DNA from: Candidatus Omnitrophota bacterium
Lineage (GTDB): Bacteria > Omnitrophota > Omnitrophia > Omnitrophales > Aquincolibacteriaceae
Assembly: GCA_903884815.1 (NCBI GenBank)
Contig: CAISGE010000043.1
Location: 701 to 64,700 of the forward strand
DNA: 64,000 bases
Reading direction: 5' to 3'
Shown here one piece after another: positions 56,101 through 60,381 of this stretch. Position 1 is the first letter of the stretch. Every line of letters begins with the position of its first letter. The position numbers were made by a program, and so were the translations under genes. The notes under the pieces were generated by a model. It was not told the origin of the DNA. It saw only the letters and a list, made by a program, of their open reading frames with translations, and ran no database searches.

Positions 56101-58655
56101 GCGATCATGGTGGGCGACAGAAAGTCCGTCACCATGTCTCCCGGGCCGGAAATAGCGTGCCAAACACTTACAATCTTAGTATTTTTCTTGTAGTTTTGGA
56201 GCATTTCCCCGGAATGACTCCCCTCTCCGAAAAGCAAAATGCCTATGCTCTGAAAGAACTTCGCGAGGGCATAAGCGCTGTCGATCGTAACGGGCGCGTC
56301 GTTCAGAGGATGGGTTAGAAGGATCTTGTCTCCATCCAGCCGGATCGCTATACGGCCCGCCGAGGGATGAAGTTTCTTGAAGAGGCCCGGACAGTAAAGA
56401 GCCTTGTAATCAAGGGGATGCAGGCTGTGACTTTTTCTTTGATACTCCCGCCGGTAACTTTTTTTGTTGGCCTCCATATAAAAAACGCTCCGGCGGGGAC
56501 GAACTATGATCTCCTCATCCGTAACCGTAACGACCTCCAGCCATTCTGGCCTTTCGGGATCTAAAATAATCCCGTCCCCGGGCTCTAGATCCTGGCCTTC
56601 ATACAGAAAAGCCCGTGGAACTTTGCCGTCGATCTTGATCCCCCGCTTTTTTTCCGAGGGGCGAGACTTAGCGTTTTCTTCAGCCTCTTCTTGGACAGCA
56701 GGATTCGCCGTCCGATTCTCCGCGCGGGCAAAGCTAAGTTGAGTACCGTTCCACGCAAGACCGAGGGCCGCCAACCTGGGAGCGATCAACTCACCGACAG
56801 GCACCTTGTTCCGGCCGCCGACCGTTCGAAGGGCTTCCTGGAAAATTCCAAGAAGATGGCCGGCGATGACGGGCCCAAGGTCTTTGCGTAGATCCGGGAG
56901 CAAAGCGAAGGAAGGAGCACGAACGCTTGAATCTTGATCGCGCGACGAATCGGACCCCGGTTTTGGCGTTGCGCGCTGCGCTCTGCGCGCTGCGCCCGGA
57001 GGTGGGGTGATACCCGTCATCACGCTGAGGTAATTCGCATTCGATTCCAGATTCGTGATACGCGGCGCGACGCGGACATAAGAAATTCCGTTTTTCTTAA
57101 AGAGTTCCGCGAGACCTTCCGAATGGAATCCGCCAGTCACGAGAACCGCATTCGCCTGCTTCAGCGATTTCATTTGCGCGAACATGTTCCTGAAGAGTGC
57201 CTGTTCCCGCTTTTCAGCAGTCTCATAGAAGCTCAACGCGCAACGCGCAACGGTCAACGTTGGACTCGCGAGCTTTTCACGTTGTGCGTTGTGCGTTGTG
57301 CGTTGCTCTAGCAATTCCTGATACTCTTCCCGCGAAAGTTCCAGGCTGAAAAGTTTCTTCAGCGACCGGTACTCTTTATACCTTTCGATCAGGGCTTTCT
57401 CCACATCGGAAGTCGCGAGCTTCGCGAGAATCTGATCGTTTAATTTTTCGACCTCCTTGAAAAGGTCCGGCGCTTGCAACTCGTTTGAAAGGATCGCGAT
57501 CCCGATACGACGGGTCAGATTCGGATAATCTTCAAAACGGAAACCGAGCGGCGCGGCCTTGGAATAGAAATCCTCCATGAGAGAGCGAATGTCTCTACCG
57601 CGAGGTAAGGCGGAAGGCGTACGGCGTGCGGCGCCCGACGCTTCGTCTTGTAGAATATCTGACAGATGATAGCTCTCCGGATCTAACCGATGGGCTAAAA
57701 TCCAGGATATAAGCTTTTGTTTTTCCTCCCCATACTCCGTACCCCGTACTTCGTACGCCGTTTTTTCAAGTGCTTTTAATTTAAAAAATCGAACTAATTG
57801 CGGCCAATCGTATTGTTCCCGGGCATTCGTAAGGTCCAGCGCGAGATGCTCCTCCGCGACTTTCGGAAGTTGTTCCAGCCCTGCGAAAGGCTCGGCCGCA
57901 ACCTCACTGTGAAAAGCCCAATCGCGGAAGAATTTTTTGAGTCCGAGATTGAAGGCCACGGAGGCTTCATCGGTGATCTTCTGGCGGATCTCTTTGAGGG
58001 CGGCATCGGTTTGCGGCTTTGCCGCATAAACAGCGCGAAACTGCTCGAGGTTTTCTTTGTAGAGCTTGAGGTCTTCGACGCCGTAAACGCGTCCGGCGGA
58101 AGGCGAACGGCGAGCGAGGCTTTCTTTTGCGCCGTACTCCGTACTCCTTACTCCGTACGAATCAGCAAGATCCAGCTCCACACCGCCGATCAGTCCCCGG
58201 CGATTCATTTCTTCAAGAAGTTGGCGATTCAGTTTCGCGTCATCAAAAAAATGGAGGTTTGCAGGATCAAGGGGTTTCCAGGCACCCTCGAGATAAACCG
58301 TATTGAGACCGTAGGCCTTTCGCAGGTGGGCGAGAATACGTTCAATGTTTTCCTGCCCCTCGGGCTGCCCGTGAGCTTCTTCCACGTGGACAATCACGGG
58401 TACGGCGGAAGGCGTACGGTGTACCGCGTCACTGCTTTGAGGTGATACCTCATGATAGACTTCTCGGATGATTCCAAGTTCAGAAGGGATTGAGATCTTC
58501 TCCTCTAAGGAAGTTAGAGAAATCTCCGGACTCCGTACGCCGTACGCCGTACTCAGAGTAGGAGTAGCCTGGACAGTCGTCGTCGTAAAGCAGATCAGCG
58601 TGCAAACAGCAAACGCACGCAAAAAGTGAGAGAACTCTCCCTTAGTTTGACGCAT
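35199..58655 (-). CDS. Giant (7,818 aa) secreted multi-enzyme polyprotein: signal peptide, ChaN/TIKI-like domain, helical/TPR-like region, SF1 (UPF1/DNA2-like) helicase, GlnD-like NTase-HD-ACT, GNAT-like, His-phosphatase-like, MetF-like, WbaP/PglC-like sugar transferase, two class I methyltransferases
   Basis: Uninterrupted 23,457-nt ORF. Motifs: GPPGTGKT/DEAS/VGDPDQL/SQGSE/NVAISRAK; GSYGRREVAPHSDYD, PDLKWGAGGLKD, LFHDVGK; VSHG..SSDLER; KKKAGA..IYTQ; KQQRVG..YKLRT..DELPQLFN..GPRP; VVGLASGR twice. Confidence 0.95.
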   Translation of the reverse strand: MRQTKGEFSHFLRAFAVCTLICFTTTTVQATPTLSTAYGVRSPEISLTSLEEKISIPSELGIIREVYHEVSPQSSDAVHRTPSAVPVIVHVEEAHGQPEGQENIERILAHLRKAYGLNTVYLEGAWKPLDPANLHFFDDAKLNRQLLEEMNRRGLIGGVELDLADSYGVRSTEYGAKESLARRSPSAGRVYGVEDLKLYKENLEQFRAVYAAKPQTDAALKEIRQKITDEASVAFNLGLKKFFRDWAFHSEVAAEPFAGLEQLPKVAEEHLALDLTNAREQYDWPQLVRFFKLKALEKTAYEVRGTEYGEEKQKLISWILAHRLDPESYHLSDILQDEASGAARRTPSALPRGRDIRSLMEDFYSKAAPLGFRFEDYPNLTRRIGIAILSNELQAPDLFKEVEKLNDQILAKLATSDVEKALIERYKEYRSLKKLFSLELSREEYQELLEQRTTHNAQREKLASPTLTVARCALSFYETAEKREQALFRNMFAQMKSLKQANAVLVTGGFHSEGLAELFKKNGISYVRVAPRITNLESNANYLSVMTGITPPPGAARRAQRATPKPGSDSSRDQDSSVRAPSFALLPDLRKDLGPVIAGHLLGIFQEALRTVGGRNKVPVGELIAPRLAALGLAWNGTQLSFARAENRTANPAVQEEAEENAKSRPSEKKRGIKIDGKVPRAFLYEGQDLEPGDGIILDPERPEWLEVVTVTDEEIIVRPRRSVFYMEANKKSYRREYQRKSHSLHPLDYKALYCPGLFKKLHPSAGRIAIRLDGDKILLTHPLNDAPVTIDSAYALAKFFQSIGILLFGEGSHSGEMLQNYKKNTKIVSVWHAISGPGDMVTDFLSPTMIARALREHNFDVIFETAESEAWWEDFQEKYGKEIHEGHSTLGDSLALFRVTHPVRAEARKESGAEPGARSAGKLLNKFAGQSLVSLGTTTSRSEGRIDLDGELTEEEFRAYFISKSEKYFQEPFARSVFDRIRVGHGNSVNEWPTPVMGAILTELEEACEVHFRRKGIRSIEDITLPADIGVARVQMLNLFLLPGWEEMRGQYREGIEQRMKAFRLYGYTPELTEHGFATLAGNYRKIGERERSLFFSIAALSLILDGHDGTLDAGLIGLLTELLGKLSMDFSLDSRRIPATEELLRFSLETLADMEETLQKVQAEARETGESMRRKILAYYKDKPHDLDPERPEETLINVVRGSRTQSQFVNALWLSVHHTEASLDRAIQLSEGSGGGVNDDVAILFPAYLVKADRLRRAGNMPAALEYLAKAKGFLDSGRFSHFMGVMAGQRQGDEGEALAAEARAEAAWQKTAEMMVFYYERLIEDDFSAETAMEMRRRYQDIRGISGVWFATRIAESYYAEWLLEQGKEAEATEVLTGIFSDLVKNGKTGVKGSSRYGSFSQFFHPGMPFTPFEDPASPESGHYVSRSDAAIVSILVDPYRWPEDPKVLAEMLIYAVRNNPEVIEKVLVAWADLGMEGEFNVDHEPSLKAALSILLQEQGLEIWLAALHFCVQIQDPALNADMMAFLIEQAKEADHRNVMAFVTDSNAVIRALFSGKVRPRSTQAINDWITAFMRQHKRSLKTLVYESFAARLVASGYKPESLLELLQEAVEQETQDKVLHDRLSKRKESTLAASSYLFYFIESISSLSRVMALNPENKASVAFMENILSFLEGLLEGGPAAFEVLFSPAEKKASPEAKDQLLLQVYSYLSEMLFELGAKAASHPLKERFEKVHQALLDRFFVLYFRQLGRRNVGSEDLENAAKKLELDPQEILEAYAHRAEYLFRAQKWEELQKWMVPWIRLLKVVPRLAAGDSSERSGKHSVALRSIAGVNTGLIDILLMSNPELLGVFFPESGEQAPVAPSPESLNLALLARHNPERERFYAAMKPIALSDPSTPDIDSFKAQMINSLFLFANEIRSQEPELAEKALGVAIAYFRETAAASRNPVTEAEFQAGSRASHFSTDKPFARNQQAYFRLCLALAREDNDAVKMALTELHRADEEAGDGATFPAMDTALVEAVFTVQEGGSRKAALDILEKLFIFQENAAAANGTRAPPVYDRIEILLNRFLNLPPAYKETAISLLAELIAEGRAETRIPVDSVDNRFFVLNALMSRVASPEWNMALFRVMDSKWADGSPAERSAWVDVFTEMAPSSVPAIGAVLFCDRILRDDVSKQWQAPVSAFRKELETQLTPQGYYELAEQQFKDAKYAECGQSLETARRNGASGDLALSIQELAAKRKRVAERKRQLQKDLAAQDKDLDSLERSITAILKDNSEDREALDLKEKVQGAREIEAQALEKFAEEDYSGALEKLQEFPESLTGNKTRKRRKALETWIGALSTVRGSLERSELEKAEGQLENSLREMQKNWSQGSPLAEHDTVQHLRDEIQDLRSTLQGLEHAISGNGTYSAVFENAKRLAVFPNRAVRAAQLVLRLAEEAFHSGVAGKATDFKKAYYYAVFVAELEREFPVIADEGRAARNLASHAMAQHWLPELTDQGFLISAMVKARQEREEENIRESNGRPIEIKFSKIELHPEKRMFTVYDLKLGRAGATGGETVWDDLGKPEKFGWPEDTFRIRNPSKKEPMQPFFRLVKRGVEHGRSFMQFELPETHKGFDYLNALLTGEVSKGGILTRTSARALERQEDYLADYVLNLTTSTRLAKGNGLLTTQATTGNALVDYALGLQIGVAAQEKETDFSAFEKMEAEYAESGKALDPAQRAAVKETLRPAGSPGNYGSASPIVLVQGPPGTGKTKVIEWITKLASEGGQRVVVLSQSNAGADNVAKKLLEDGLPFVRVGSNEDAIDHEILPSWEARGPELDLMLKQRKSGGGSLLIGTINGFSGDKEIRTRPELLNTDVLIIDEASLATLPEFFFAFAQLQGVKKIIVVGDPDQLPAFGISDEDRRFITKYLNQAKKLGRNIFAGNELKTRFGQRTLLEILDKEKRNAHKKSYLEKALDLFYPRELALAGFVSFAPYFFLNIQRRSGSWIVRLINYFYRKSGRPKLMAGREITGMVIDDNTHGRFGFHDENANSEDHDGGKKNPGEADRVITHIHWLMNKKHLGAEDIGVISPYADQVELIRDRLLATSKAHDYLVRLAAGQELSNDEWIVFEELFGSEALEARVDYRADSWLMANHPGYRGLRGQQKGGVRREKVRGIKDSLRRIRRGEGDRRTQAAEILRFLGLEGSFPAAYEIEVSLLDVTTVNKSQGSEYKAVIVSWVRSNEDDNVGFLADPVEGRNRINVAISRAKDYLIMVWDRDTFERCKDPDVHEWVMDYNDVMREFSGSGPRDRGRHRRRSETRNTTLPDDQLDWISREGALFKAQREKILKSNTPWEEKSVALADLADHYVAKVAEEFKRYIHRNYPDTPPMLFVATGSYGRREVAPHSDYDGLVVVRTHADVESLKDHFTPGGFVYESSRVLGGAWDLFALEEFENPVTVTDLGLTKEFNAASSASFAARMQATHRTTAPEIQREAMTQLLFAREVSSPGLPFAELETALKNHLDQPVKRARVLRQILDAWDEHRQEEGYFSGLAEREPDLKWGAGGLKDFDVASWVVRLFFRDENDAIDQTSGHNIAFLTREEFEEARKAAAHIREIRWKLQALPTAEEGGSSDRLGLEQQPALAEWMYRETGAGEDARVVLFLEDLHRAQRTLYLYASTILDRALQKTTPLQYDFLPDGDDEKFPFPGVEKAKRFGETITENGPVLIPEDRKEAVLTLHPGQSIRPDDILEIFKFAAEHDCALTGELLDGIKNARAAFLEHLGRDEAFRAQARAAFAAILRAKGPIGDLLLQAHLLGLLEEIVPGYRELNHRVVQDFKYEHTLDVQSINYARILDGLRGKAEVTGPMAGASRLSIPEDWLAPVRAAMLVDALIDQKIPGIDPSKVFALIGLDPAEAGKARWLIEKRTALFSLMQNSGLYYPDEFLEFQRDNLSDAAGRPDFHRWQVLVALTLTQIETFQKGRTEIYLNRLKPFLEITEEEFMDPERMKTYYREHVPLDQLPGFAEGLEDDEVRVDWEATGIPDTWVLRVASRSRLDRPGRLFRIATVLASGKQGQFSVLSLLPQHFAKGAITVNAMIVRRNFLDQALEEDPKFSENLTERFRSALLMEDAGKVRSGYRNKPFFRSPALMPLPPTKVLVRHYGHSNFVYLETPDGIGALADIAHILLMHGLLLGPRSTIDTVGYSRKVGLQIQDTIHVLRPDGSQPSSREMKDLAEDLEFAFSHETITDEVLNEVLVRVDSRHRLRANRSNMRVVDEDSFSKAARAWSKNRPKDKDLGRKQPDPGMEAAYLITQQLPLLQKAFGITIRGDEVVLRPEEIIPNEAGQIEREWLNMGDQRLVEAARQFLHEKGLNEEVLGKGWKEALQTLSEVDERGRPAQGEFRPEFESALLKARLFIDLLYEIGSGILETPIAETAREIIDPDPGKTFDPERVMDLFIRSAETKKPVSAFNQIAIMAAAGTVASDSPEARELWKGFMRFLRVQTDISDAVYAMHQTGLLSLMSPEFAELDNIYDDNAYWHYYRVSNHALYAFDNFEELTFGDLPPNGAPSQVLGAVGFHESAKDPEWLARMRLGVLFHDVGKQLILTKFQVSHQIRGAITLLPQILERAGLLTQFAADEFRTFAFLQFIIWYHQHGNSIIQNFRELIESALFDWQARLAMSAEEGLDPRSLIRAFAAITLADRLGTHPDRNAELMGRAPEAWVNPIILERTREFFLELQAFFESGFNALSREKILRRRDEKNRAYTEELLDQLKRYYPSEAALAEARKQLGKFAALKGYDYLRRFRPDMIQEHLVLFNKLEEMPVDRQGIPLVSVLHSEEGYSRADQHFLHIAVGVPFDEPGILARLTGVFAGFRLSIHDADVTGFDGKTFDHFMVYQVGQEGEEMGVSDDFVAALTKALREIVVEKDYMPKLRALFAAQGRPYEFDTFEDSGGPASLKFLPSEKQGNVRLLVHMPNGLGRMHVVTRVLDELKINIDDVPVETRSFGAEDIFEMKNGDGTPLSEHFQAGIRSAFEELLSLKKIREADILRAIAAAEATRSEMRYKIDYKDLSPDQKKEAKALGVALMPKDGNGKVIGRRSALDGVIRTLRAYEKVLHGGQPLEKGRSKAIVSVREALAGQGLSGKTAEAERRLIEDAIIVVQWVVDQREFQHRSEVEKMISQMASDEESPDMLDDGPPFMELSKEKLRKILASLEILATLERVDASVINKALDRKHGNRPPAEMPSLPDDKTFFLMGIELIQARLLAEQLIERMRREAIEFTLQHCRELVWNGQPIPSDYHVREAITEAGILFEDNEALFRVLGKTIDFVRERGEKRSEVRQAIQPGTIPGNPRAEFREFSGAIRSELRKEDLAGAVIAERPDGLIIADLSKITDEAVLAKVFASLEAIEAKDHGRDGFWMTEKILRETLSYGEPVWAMFDADMKLDGILFFTPWGHEKEGTRETYKKVVLQALVTRPDGPDQDWVFFRDTFFAAMQEKGADSVFFWTRQTPTWKKYFQGRTDKGVILDAQLTPSRFPRDSRLQDSYWVRLEPLDRSESRDGQAQSAAISEADFNPYASSRPEGTLPLVSGVTRLKLALSFATAFVNLPIVLQLHQDSAWLMMNPVFWIQDWWFQIGFTVAGDILLALGAIYMPQIREVLPHKPLQPTRLKPVQVGVARRSENRDKPKQLTSEEIKRLNPEYMFAENFFDQYEDMRQWLAEKPGRKLVTLVSHGRSGSNEFEYHQDHSMFSPLTIFGRLQVAALVAFFKKMKITFEAYLSSDLERDYQTVSPLARRAGKKPEVLESLREVKLDWFGGYPYRWVASTRAKMFRIFRRDPAKYEIEGYSGSQAEKDKALLFLKEIPTRPEKTFLIGVHRLDFLMDLMNMLEIPSSQFDAVYQHFERGNLKNAAMTVLTYDPEDGKWKLWVKTDIDYLPEGRRQSTRNPVVRFFERIFFWFQVLERLVFKALGYRSVAGPLADYWPDSRLWHKPSPGQLDVALDKAEAFIEANNAAKETDASADTVSSGAGADAARSDAEASRAESRIQKINQSATSPGVTANKVPVGELIAPAVTPAVPGDSLRFETRNRLGRLSERVSEKKFTVTAELAAPRLDDPASMKKYLAERDAFMQLYGAGWIDGTSTRSAPEVPAWVEDAALMMRGKKLRKDSFPYPRGFQEFMRRRGEKIENSQDPRAVKIADMWSEVGRFEKIREMPLPGTDFVATVALQTQSAFDVLDIIRDLGNRPQTKALLFMGGGHPLRKTPLAQFLVQTDWAIKEAVKMKKNGEIPANVQIWATWNPHAGDALQDLTRKKKAGATVIYTQPPLFPGEFRKTWDAAQAAGLMDNLQFKIGMTEISSAKNLRFWCHLMGVDPYRDPEAAKSLDAWQRAEAFKVKQPEAFGKFRDSYNRGRFEKALLLPGVTGIHLFPMSHWKNVEQYLANAGFSPAGRVEKDKGSRAESRIQKINQSATSPGVTANKVPVGELIASTATRAAPGDSPERAEMREPADGQQDPNILATFVMDRGTSGTGSWAKKSEGLRPITGSRIFDVLAGLSLAILFSPVILIISGLIWLFSGSPVILKQQRVGYRGKLFMVYKLRTLEKNKEEITLPFGSFSIPFGAILRRSGLDELPQLFNIIEGSMTFFGPRPLLKGETTRQHLDAILAFRKPGLFSYFKAQFPLGASTQKGFLASSYVRPSIAYNHYERVHWSVAFQIKILFLTVWNVCRGFWLMARGVREDLPLAEELLKRIGIFPEVKNVLKTERSEASPAQPIAVPAAPGDSPGRAETRLPRGNMKLRLAESPTTPQKQWQRVYDAMAPGQNSVVPDDYDQFLKLNLWGPLFRELPPGAKVVGLASGRAVPETWARKIVQGAQVYAVDFIDPFRDDPESKPQGVTFIQADMEQASKAAGIPHDADLVMSLFGVEYGDVIKVLRETADILKEGGLFCFFMHHPYSAIINSAREDLEAIKKARETGVTRIADWAPVPDREEILERLETLRKRIEPIVESVRRTRDGNDNDAAGFFDQYLRAIDALLAGVRRPDYRPDEDLKLLLGALPATLDDQERFLQERVRVAEKMDPEYLRELVLTARDLGFQITEKDVSGAKMNGSVMGLYFRGRLIRKAAPPQAVPAKSYDPQRDWQSLYDVMPSGEHSPVWPELERALMKSVWEPLFRKLPSDAKVVGLASGRGKAEAGVLAITPGAQVHAVDYVDPFRNTPGSKPKGVTFVQAAMERASEAPGVPKDAADLVMSQYGVEYGDVPAVLRQAAIILKEGGRFCFFMHHPGSAITQATKYELEMLGPLDEAGLGRIADWDPVPTRPQIIQRLEVVEGKIQSAITDVRKFVGTEDNVTLEFFKQLLNAIQALITIARGGDGEIPLDRLKGLLLLQAMVFKNHEEMLRERVAVSEKLTPEYVSRLAATARSLGFKIPEPDVAYSGETILGWRFVGELVKKPASPDGAATKQDESSRRQALAAAVSKWQNILRGMTNEIWFDKGGYASFELMAEEIAPIEAMRPFTDADDFYERIFLNSNIFKDALDPQKGKALEYQSQAALWLTVKVFGHPPAEGRSTPSTGNPVSREERRSEHRLSDAEIWVAHEAAKDVFAAPRVLEIGREMFMKTMDQLMPSAHAMTRSEKRVSVEKLLTDPTKLESGRQQVSVIFGAIPQKEDSVLKRLVEVMAKSKLQFQVVVPGALPADLEQFHGALIRKVQETRGIQGGVDVKVVSEETAITGFAKQNSENALVYDLREDNGEALRVLEPAVSISNQGKRMLFVFSDKGMTLTQKSYGLIAAINTLLEQKPEEQNRLHGVQSLSVIFKLAENLQKFAEAARSLASAA
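39243..39332. repeat. Intragenic 90-bp linker repeat, copy A
   Basis: 89/90 identical to 40491-40580; encodes RAESRIQKINQSATSPGVTANKVPVGELIA. Confidence 0.95.
40491..40580. repeat. Intragenic 90-bp linker repeat, copy B
   Basis: 89/90 identical to 39243-39332. Confidence 0.95.
56779..56810. repeat. Third, partial (32-bp) copy of the linker repeat
   Basis: GGAGCGATCAACTCACCGACAGGCACCTTGTT is identical to 40489-40520. Confidence 0.9.
56968..58562. repeat. Cluster of in-frame heptamer-repeat arms in the N-terminal domain of the giant gene
   Basis: Arms at about 58531-58562, 58399-58428, 58131-58160, 58095-58115, 57730-57760, 57603-57632, 57234-57305 and 56968-56995. Confidence 0.8.
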
Positions 58656-58940
58656 AGTCTGAATGGTGTAGATGCCTTTCGTATAGTGAGTTGATCTGTT
58701 AGAAATGTAGCACCTGGAATGGCTTTTTTCAAATTTTTATAAATGTTATTTATAAAATAATAGACTTCTTTATAGCATTCATAGCAATACATAGCATTAC
58801 TATCTATCAGATTAACATCGATTCTGTTCTCTTATTAACTTCAATCTGTTTTCAATGCGGGTTTAAAGTTTACGAGACGAGGTTTCGTGATATAATTCCC
58901 GCTCTTCGAGGCGCTTTAATCAACTCTTTTGGAGGCTCGT

Positions 58941-59504
58941 ATGGTCAAGATCGGCGAAGCAGTCCCTAATTTCGAAGCCCAGGCTTATCAAAACAATGAG
59001 ATCAAACGGATCAAATTGTCCGACTACAAAGGCAAGTGGGTCGCCATTGTCTTCTACCCTGCCGATTTCACGTTTGTCTGCCCCACGGAACTTGAGGAAG
59101 CCGCCGCTCTCTACGAAGACTTCAAGAAGGAAAGTGCGGAGCTTCTGAGCGTCAGCACAGACACGGTATTCGTCCATAAAGCATGGCATGACGTCTCACC
59201 CGCGATCCAGAAGGTAAAATACCCCATGGTCGCCGACCCGACAGGGAATCTCTGCAAAATGTTCGGGACCTACATCGAAGCGGAAGGTCTCGCGCTGCGC
59301 GGCAGCTTTGTGATCGACCCGGACGGCGTGCTTCAGGCCTATGAAATCCACAATTTGCCGGTCGGCCGCAGCATGCAGGAATTGCTTCGCAAGCTTAAAG
59401 CTTCCAAATTTGTTCACGAAAACGGCGGAGAGGTCTGCCCCGCGAACTGGCAGCCAGGCAAGAAAACCCTGAAACCGGGGTTGGATCTCGTCGGAAAAAT
59501 CTAA
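58941..59504 (+). CDS. ahpC: Alkyl hydroperoxide reductase C (2-Cys peroxiredoxin)
   Basis: FYPADFTFVCPTEL, HKAWH, GEVCPANW; GGAGG RBS before ATG 58941. Confidence 0.96.
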   Translation: MVKIGEAVPNFEAQAYQNNEIKRIKLSDYKGKWVAIVFYPADFTFVCPTELEEAAALYEDFKKESAELLSVSTDTVFVHKAWHDVSPAIQKVKYPMVADPTGNLCKMFGTYIEAEGLALRGSFVIDPDGVLQAYEIHNLPVGRSMQELLRKLKASKFVHENGGEVCPANWQPGKKTLKPGLDLVGKI

Positions 59505-59505
59505 A

Positions 59506-59585
59506 GGCAGCATGTCGTTCAGGGTATGTTGTAGGTAGCAATCCACATTTTTTTCGACATACTACATACGACCTGCCATATACAA
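59506..59585. repeat. Degenerate heptamer-periodic inverted repeat after ahpC
   Basis: GGCAG...TATGTTG TAGGTAG...CGACATA CTACATA CGACCTG CCATATA. Confidence 0.55.
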
Positions 59586-59655
59586 TGCGTTCTATTTACG
59601 TTATCATCAATCACTGATTCTGAAACGGATCGGTCAAACTGAAAGAGGTATCAAA

Positions 59656-60237
59656 ATGTCCTTCACGCTCCCCGAACTGCCTTACGCCATGGACGCCCTT
59701 GCCCCGCAGATCAGCAAGGAAACGCTCGAATATCATTACGGCAAGCATCACAACGCCTATGTCACGAACCTCAACAAACTGACGGACGGGAAACCGGAAG
59801 CCGGAAAATCCCTCGAAGAACTGATCAAGACCGCCAAGGGCCCGATCTTTAATAATGCGGCACAGGTCTGGAATCACACCTTCTACTGGAACTGCCTGAA
59901 ACCCCAGGGCGGCGGCGAACCCACGGGAGCTCTGGCGGATGCGATCAATGTGTCCTTCGGAAGCTTTGAGGAGTTCAAGACCCTTTTCACCAGCATGTCG
60001 GTCGGACTTTTCGGGTCGGGTTGGGCCTGGCTTGTAAAGGACGAGGATGGAACGCTCGGTATCGAAGCGATGTCAAACGCCGGATGCCCTCTCACGAATG
60101 GTCAGACACCGCTTCTTACCTGCGACGTCTGGGAACATGCTTATTACGTCGATTACCGGAACGCCCGCGCGAAATACGTGGAAACATTCTGGAATCTCGT
60201 CAATTGGGAGTTTGTTTCAAAGAATTTACAGGGGTAA
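59656..60237 (+). CDS. sodB: Superoxide dismutase [Fe]
   Basis: HYGKHHNAYV, FNNAAQVWNHTFYW (Fe-type AAQ), DVWEHAYY. Confidence 0.95.
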   Translation: MSFTLPELPYAMDALAPQISKETLEYHYGKHHNAYVTNLNKLTDGKPEAGKSLEELIKTAKGPIFNNAAQVWNHTFYWNCLKPQGGGEPTGALADAINVSFGSFEEFKTLFTSMSVGLFGSGWAWLVKDEDGTLGIEAMSNAGCPLTNGQTPLLTCDVWEHAYYVDYRNARAKYVETFWNLVNWEFVSKNLQG

Positions 60238-60242
60238 ATTCT

Positions 60243-60381
60243 CGTACGGCGAAAGGTGTACGGCGTACAGCGCAGAGTCAAAAGGCCCGGTCTTGATTTT
60301 AAGATCGGGCCTTTTTATTGTTCCAAATATTCTTCATGAACCATTTGATTTTTGCCGTACTCCGTACGCCTTACGCCGTAC
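60243..60381. repeat. GTACGGN-class inverted arms enclosing a terminator
   Basis: CGTACGG CGAAAGG TGTACGG CGTACAG...CCGTACT CCGTACG CCTTACG CCGTACT. Confidence 0.75.
60280..60317. terminator. Bidirectional rho-independent terminator
   Basis: AAAAGGCCCGGTCTT...AAGATCGGGCCTTTTT between convergent sodB and TPR genes. Confidence 0.8.

Noticed and set aside
35199-58655. Inteins or read-through of several genes explaining the giant ORF
   Set aside because: No intein-like C/S...HN-C/S/T junctions noticed at module borders; no internal stops; neighbouring genes use TAA, TAG and TGA normally
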